Under the pieces are notes generated by a model. The model made no database searches, was not told the origin of the DNA, and was given only the letters and a program-made list of their open reading frames with translations. Position numbers and translations under genes: made by a program. 64,000 nt of DNA from a bacterium (GTDB lineage: Bacteria; Patescibacteriota; Minisyncoccia; Phycocordibacterales; UBA5272): contig JAHFNC010000003.1 of assembly GCA_023267535.1 (NCBI GenBank), positions 380 through 64,379 of the forward strand. Direction: 5' to 3'. This document shows, one piece after another, positions 59,829 through 64,000 of this stretch. Numbering within the stretch: position 1 is the stretch's first letter; each line of letters starts with the position of its first letter.

Positions 59829-61022
59829 CTAGGCGTTAATTTTTGTAACAACACCAGCACCTACAGTCTTACCTCCTTCACGGATAGCGAAACGGCCTTG
59901 CTCTTCAAGAGCGATAGGTGCGAGTAATTTAACAGTAAGCTTTACTGTATCTCCTGGCATAACCATTTCTGTTCCTGCTGGAAGTGTACATTCACCTGTT
60001 ACGTCAGTTGTTCTTACGTAAAATTGTGGCTTGTATCCATTGAAGAATGGTGTGTGACGACCTCCTTCTTCCTTCTTTAGAATGTAAACTTCACATTCAA
60101 AGTCAGTATGTGGCTTAACAGATCCAGCCTTAGCTAGAACTTGTCCACGAAGAATATCTTCCTTCTTGATACCACGAACTAGAAGTCCAGCGTTATCTCC
60201 AGCTTGTCCCTCTGGAAGAGATTTATTAAACATTTCAATTCCAGTAACAACTGTCTTAACAGTATCCTTTAGACCAACGATTTCAATTTCCTCGTTTAGT
60301 TTTACAACACCTCTTTCGATACGTCCTGTAACCACAGTTCCTCTTCCTTCAATTGAGAAAATATCTTCAACTGGCATAAGGAAAGGCTTTGTAACATCAC
60401 GCTCTGGCAATGGAATCCAAGTATCAAGAGCGTTTAGAAGCTCAACAATCTTTTGTGCCCATGGATCATCAAGTGACTTAGCTTCTGAAGCCTTAAGACC
60501 AGAACCTCTGATGATTGGAGTATTAACACCGTCGAATCCATACTTTGTAAGGATTTCGCGGATTTCTTCCTCAACCAACATAATCATTTCTTCATCTTCA
60601 ACCATATCGCACTTATTTAGAAATACCACCATTCTTGGAACACCAACTTGCTTTGCAAGTAGAACGTGCTCACGAGTTTGAGGCATTGGACCGTCAGTTG
60701 CAGCAACCACCAAGATTGCACCGTCCATTTGAGCGGCACCAGTAATCATGTTCTTGATATAGTCAGCGTGACCTGGAGCATCAATGTGTGCGTAGTGACG
60801 AGTATCTGTCCAGTACTCTGAGTGAGATAGAGAAATAGTAATACCACGAGCTTTTTCCTCAGGTGCCTTATCGATATCATCTACCCCTTTTGTTTTGATA
60901 GTTGCATCTTTTAAGTGAAGCACGTTAAGAATACCGGATGTAAGAGTAGTCTTTCCGTGGTCTACGTGACCGATTGTTCCCACATTTACGTGTGGCTTGT
61001 CGCGATTAAATGTTTCTGCCAT
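59829..61022 (-). CDS. tuf: elongation factor Tu
   Basis: [18 protein letters not shown] and NKCD GTPase motifs (397 aa). Confidence 0.97.
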   Translation of the reverse strand: MAETFNRDKPHVNVGTIGHVDHGKTTLTSGILNVLHLKDATIKTKGVDDIDKAPEEKARGITISLSHSEYWTDTRHYAHIDAPGHADYIKNMITGAAQMDGAILVVAATDGPMPQTREHVLLAKQVGVPRMVVFLNKCDMVEDEEMIMLVEEEIREILTKYGFDGVNTPIIRGSGLKASEAKSLDDPWAQKIVELLNALDTWIPLPERDVTKPFLMPVEDIFSIEGRGTVVTGRIERGVVKLNEEIEIVGLKDTVKTVVTGIEMFNKSLPEGQAGDNAGLLVRGIKKEDILRGQVLAKAGSVKPHTDFECEVYILKKEEGGRHTPFFNGYKPQFYVRTTDVTGECTLPAGTEMVMPGDTVKLTVKLLAPIALEEQGRFAIREGGKTVGAGVVTKINA

Positions 61023-61295
61023 ATGTTTTTTTAGAGATCTTATGTCGTATTGCTACGCATAGCGGACCTGTATTTTATATTAAAAATTAATAATTTATAA
61101 ATGATTCTGACCGCAAAATAATAAGCGAACAGAAAGATTCTTCTGCTTAACTCTTTATCATAGAGAGACTGCTAAGCGAATAGGTAAAATACTATCATAT
61201 CTGTTAATTAAACGCAAATATTGGGTGTTAATAGGTAAAAAGAAATCGCCAACCCAAGAAGGATTAGCGATTATTATTAAAGTTTGGCTTATAGT

Positions 61296-61883
61296 TTAGC
61301 CTTTGACGGGGAAGATATCCGTAAGTGGTTGGCCGAGGCCGACCAAAGTCAGGTCGTTGTGCGACGACGAGTAGTCATCGCTTACGACATGCACCGTTTG
61401 ACCGGGAATCACCTTGCCCGGGTTGTAAAACCCAGTAAACGATGTGTCTCCACCGAAACTGATGGCGCCAGTCGTGTCTTGCAGGGTGTGGAAGTTTGAA
61501 GTCTCCACCATCTGGGCGAACGGGTCCATCTGTTGATAAGTGAAAACTGTTCCATCGGGGTTGGTTTGCGTGACGTTGTGCATGTAGCCAAACGAAATGG
61601 TTTGGCCACTGCTTGCATTGCCATTCAAATTGACCGCATCTTTGCCATTCATTGACGCCGTCACAGCCGACATAAACGCCTGGAACACGGCGTCGGACTT
61701 GGCCGCCTGCACCGGGTCGGTGCCATTGTGAGACACCATGTTGTTGTCCGATGTGGACGTTGGCATCGTGGATGACGGCAGCGCAGGAGGTGAGGCAAAG
61801 AAGGGCGCCGGATGCGCTCCATTGTCTTGTCCGCCGAAAATGGAATGAACCAGATTCGAAAACATTTTCCCTAGAAAGCTCAT
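61296..61883 (-). CDS. hypothetical protein (195 aa) encoded in a GC-rich island
   Basis: Intact ORF; local GC is visibly far above the surrounding window (~55-60 % against ~35 %). The product is Ser/Thr/Gly/Asn-rich with no TM segment and no family assignment. Confidence 0.45.
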   Translation of the reverse strand: MSFLGKMFSNLVHSIFGGQDNGAHPAPFFASPPALPSSTMPTSTSDNNMVSHNGTDPVQAAKSDAVFQAFMSAVTASMNGKDAVNLNGNASSGQTISFGYMHNVTQTNPDGTVFTYQQMDPFAQMVETSNFHTLQDTTGAISFGGDTSFTGFYNPGKVIPGQTVHVVSDDYSSSHNDLTLVGLGQPLTDIFPVKG

Positions 61884-62023
61884 TTATTTCCCCTTTTTGT
61901 CAAAAAAAAATTCATTTCATGCGGAAATGCATGATTTATGAAAACTCGTGCTACCGATGTAAATTATACACTAAAAGTATACTTTGTCAAGGCCTAATTT
62001 TGAATATAACTCAGAAAAAACCC

Positions 62024-63226
62024 TTATTTTTTCTCGCCGCAAATTGGACAAAATGCCAATCCAACAATTCTTTGACCATTACATTTGCTACAAGTCTCTT
62101 TTATTTGGAAATGACAAACTGGGCAAAATCTATCTTCATTTCTAAGTAACATCGAACAATCAGGGCATTTATGATTTTTTAAAGCTCTAATCATGACTGC
62201 TTTTTTGTTGTATACCCTTTTCTGAATAACATAAACAATCCAACCGAATAAAATAGGAACAAGTAAAAGTAGAGCGTAATAAGAAAGCGGTAATAAAAAT
62301 CTAAAGCTATGTATTATATTTATAATAAATGTAATAAATTCTCTAGGAATAAGCTGATAGACGAATTGGAAGGATACTTGTGCAAACAAAATAGCAAAAA
62401 TAAGAGAGACAGCTGTCCAGATAATTGTGTATTGTGAATTTTCTTTTTTAAGAGCTAAATATTTTCTTAAACAGAAATATAAAGCTGGGGTAATAAGCAA
62501 GAACAATAGAAGAGCTCTTTCGAAATCAACAACTCTCGTCTCTCTATCAAATTCTGCAAAGGTTGCTTTTATTTCCCCACTATTATCCTTTGCAATCTTT
62601 ACTATTTTGTCATCAATTTCTTTTATAGAAGAAATAACTTGATCTCTTTCTTTTTTAAGACTATCTAATTGATTACTAGTTAAAATAAAATTATTTTTAG
62701 TAGCATTACCATCTATAGATGGAGGCACGTTGGCAATCTTTTCTGTAAGAGTAACAGAATAATTGCCTTGGGCGTTTTGCAAGTCTACTCCGGCGGAAGA
62801 AAGAGAATTATTTAAATTATTTAATTTTTGCTGTAAATCATCTTCTTCTTTTTGAAGTGGAATAATTTGTTCCATAACAAGCGGAATATTATTTAATTTT
62901 TCAATTGATGAGTAGACACAGGAATCTAAATTATTATTGTAATAAGAATAATAATATGGATACGAATATACTGGAGTAACCGTATCGCTGACATCTGCTA
63001 TTTTGGAATTTAAATACTGTCCGCAAATAGAAATTGGCTCTGGGCTTTTAATGAAATCTGAAACAGATGTAATAAAACCCTGCCCTCTCCAAACACCAAG
63101 AATAACCATAATAAAAAGTAGGAAATAGCCGAGCGTAGTTGTTTTCTTTTCGCTTATTTCTTCATATGGAGCGTAATTAGTATTTTCAGCAACGCTCCCC
63201 TGTTTTTTCCAAAAGAATATAGACAT
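62024..63226 (-). CDS. membrane protein (400 aa) with N-terminal TM, coiled-coil region, C-terminal TM cluster and a cytoplasmic double zinc ribbon
   Basis: C-terminal CPDC…CPVC…CSKC…CPIC; multiple hydrophobic helices; the middle is rich in Asn/Leu/Ser/Lys heptad-like repeats. Confidence 0.5.
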   Translation of the reverse strand: MSIFFWKKQGSVAENTNYAPYEEISEKKTTTLGYFLLFIMVILGVWRGQGFITSVSDFIKSPEPISICGQYLNSKIADVSDTVTPVYSYPYYYSYYNNNLDSCVYSSIEKLNNIPLVMEQIIPLQKEEDDLQQKLNNLNNSLSSAGVDLQNAQGNYSVTLTEKIANVPPSIDGNATKNNFILTSNQLDSLKKERDQVISSIKEIDDKIVKIAKDNSGEIKATFAEFDRETRVVDFERALLLFLLITPALYFCLRKYLALKKENSQYTIIWTAVSLIFAILFAQVSFQFVYQLIPREFITFIINIIHSFRFLLPLSYYALLLLVPILFGWIVYVIQKRVYNKKAVMIRALKNHKCPDCSMLLRNEDRFCPVCHFQIKETCSKCNGQRIVGLAFCPICGEKK

Positions 63227-63282
63227 AGTTTTGTATTTATTAGCTTATATCCTAAGTCTAGCACTAATTAGAGATAACAAAA

Positions 63283-63310
63283 GCGACGCCGTAGGCGTCG
63301 CTTTTGTGTT
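63283..63310. terminator. GCGACGCC-GTA-GGCGTCGC family terminator (after fusA and its 3'-element)
   Basis: acaaaagcgacgcc-gta-ggcgtcgcttttgt. Confidence 0.7.
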
Positions 63311-63361
63311 AAAAAAATATTTTCAGGATTCAGAATAGGAAAGAAATTATTTCTTGTTTAT

Positions 63362-63475
63362 AAAAAATAAAATTTTCGATGAAATACGAGGAGCCTAGAA
63401 TTTTTTGGAGAGAAATGTAGAAGACCTACATTGACCGACAAAAAATTCGTAGCGACAAAGTAGTTCGCGAAAATT
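63362..63475 (-). ncRNA. dispersed 3'-UTR element, copy F (starts right after the fusA stop)
   Basis: RNA sense: UAA-AAAUAAAAUUUUCGCGAACUACUUUGUCGCUA-CGAAUUUUUUG-UCGGUCAAUGUAG-GUCUU-CUACAUU…CAAAAAAUUCU-AGGCUCCUCGUAUUUCAUCG. Confidence 0.6.
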
Positions 63476-64000
63476 TTATTTTTTATTCTCGGCGATATCC
63501 TTGGCAATGTTCTGTGGAACCACATCATACTTTCCAAATTCCATTGTAAATGATGCACGTCCCTCTGTCATTGAACGCAAATTATTTACATAACCAAACA
63601 TTTCTGACAATGGAACCATTGCTCTCACAACTTTATCCATTCCTCTTTCGTCCATGCCTTCTATTTGTCCACGCTTTGATGATAGGTTTCCAGTAATATC
63701 TCCGTAGAACTTATCCGGTGTAACAACTTCCACTTTCATTATTGGTTCTAGAATAACCGGCTTCGCTTTTCCAACGGCATCAGAGAGTGCCATACCCGCA
63801 GCAATCTTGAAAGCGATTTCAGATGAGTCCACTTCGTGGAAAGATCCGTCATAAACTTCACAAGAAACATCAACCATCTTAAATCCAGCAAGAGTTCCGC
63901 GATCCATTGCTTCTCGCAATCCTTTTTCTACAGCAGGAACATATTCTTGTGGAATAACTCCACCTTTTATTGAGTTTACGAATTCAAAACCATTGTAACG
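63476..64000 (-). CDS. fusA: elongation factor G (C-terminal part; the gene continues beyond the window end)
   Basis: EF-G domains IV/V (…[32 protein letters not shown]…). The reading frame stays open to position 64000. Confidence 0.9.
   Translation of the reverse strand, partial: RYNGFEFVNSIKGGVIPQEYVPAVEKGLREAMDRGTLAGFKMVDVSCEVYDGSFHEVDSSEIAFKIAAGMALSDAVGKAKPVILEPIMKVEVVTPDKFYGDITGNLSSKRGQIEGMDERGMDKVVRAMVPLSEMFGYVNNLRSMTEGRASFTMEFGKYDVVPQNIAKDIAENKK

Overview
This 64-kb window is AT-rich and looks like a Candidate Phyla Radiation / Patescibacteria genome, probably Parcubacteria; that placement is inferred, not tested. It uses the standard genetic code: ORFs up to 1719 aa are intact with TGA read as stop. 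All calls are by eye from the sequence with no database searches, so coordinates of RNA features are approximate (+/- 10 nt).

The minus strand carries the ribosomal-protein supercluster in canonical order: fusA(partial)-tuf-rpsJ-rplC-rplD-rplW-rplB-rpsS-rplV-rpsC-rplP-rpsQ-rplN-rplX-rplE-rpsN-rpsH-rplF-rplR-rpsE-rplO-secY-adk-map, plus rplJ-rplL. rpmC (L29) and rpmD (L30) are absent at their canonical slots.

The cluster is interrupted at several points by seven giant secreted proteins of 493-1719 aa. These carry Cys-bounded PG_binding_1 domains, Fn3 / IPT-like / carboxypeptidase-regulatory-like beta domains, internal duplications and shared terminal modules. Smaller orphan genes also sit in the gaps, one of them strikingly GC-rich.

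A 23S-tRNA-like-5S rRNA segment has no linked 16S. The 23S is about 4.0 kb and contains a group-I intron, a helix-45 intervening sequence closed by an 18-bp perfect inverted repeat, and a third insertion.

The most notable feature is a ~105-nt structured element present 8 times. It always lies immediately 3' of a stop codon and in transcript sense. Two of its helices show compensatory base changes, and it is usually followed by one stereotyped GC-rich terminator hairpin.

Also present: ftsK, recA, efp, an L,D-transpeptidase and a TraG/VirD4-like ATPase.
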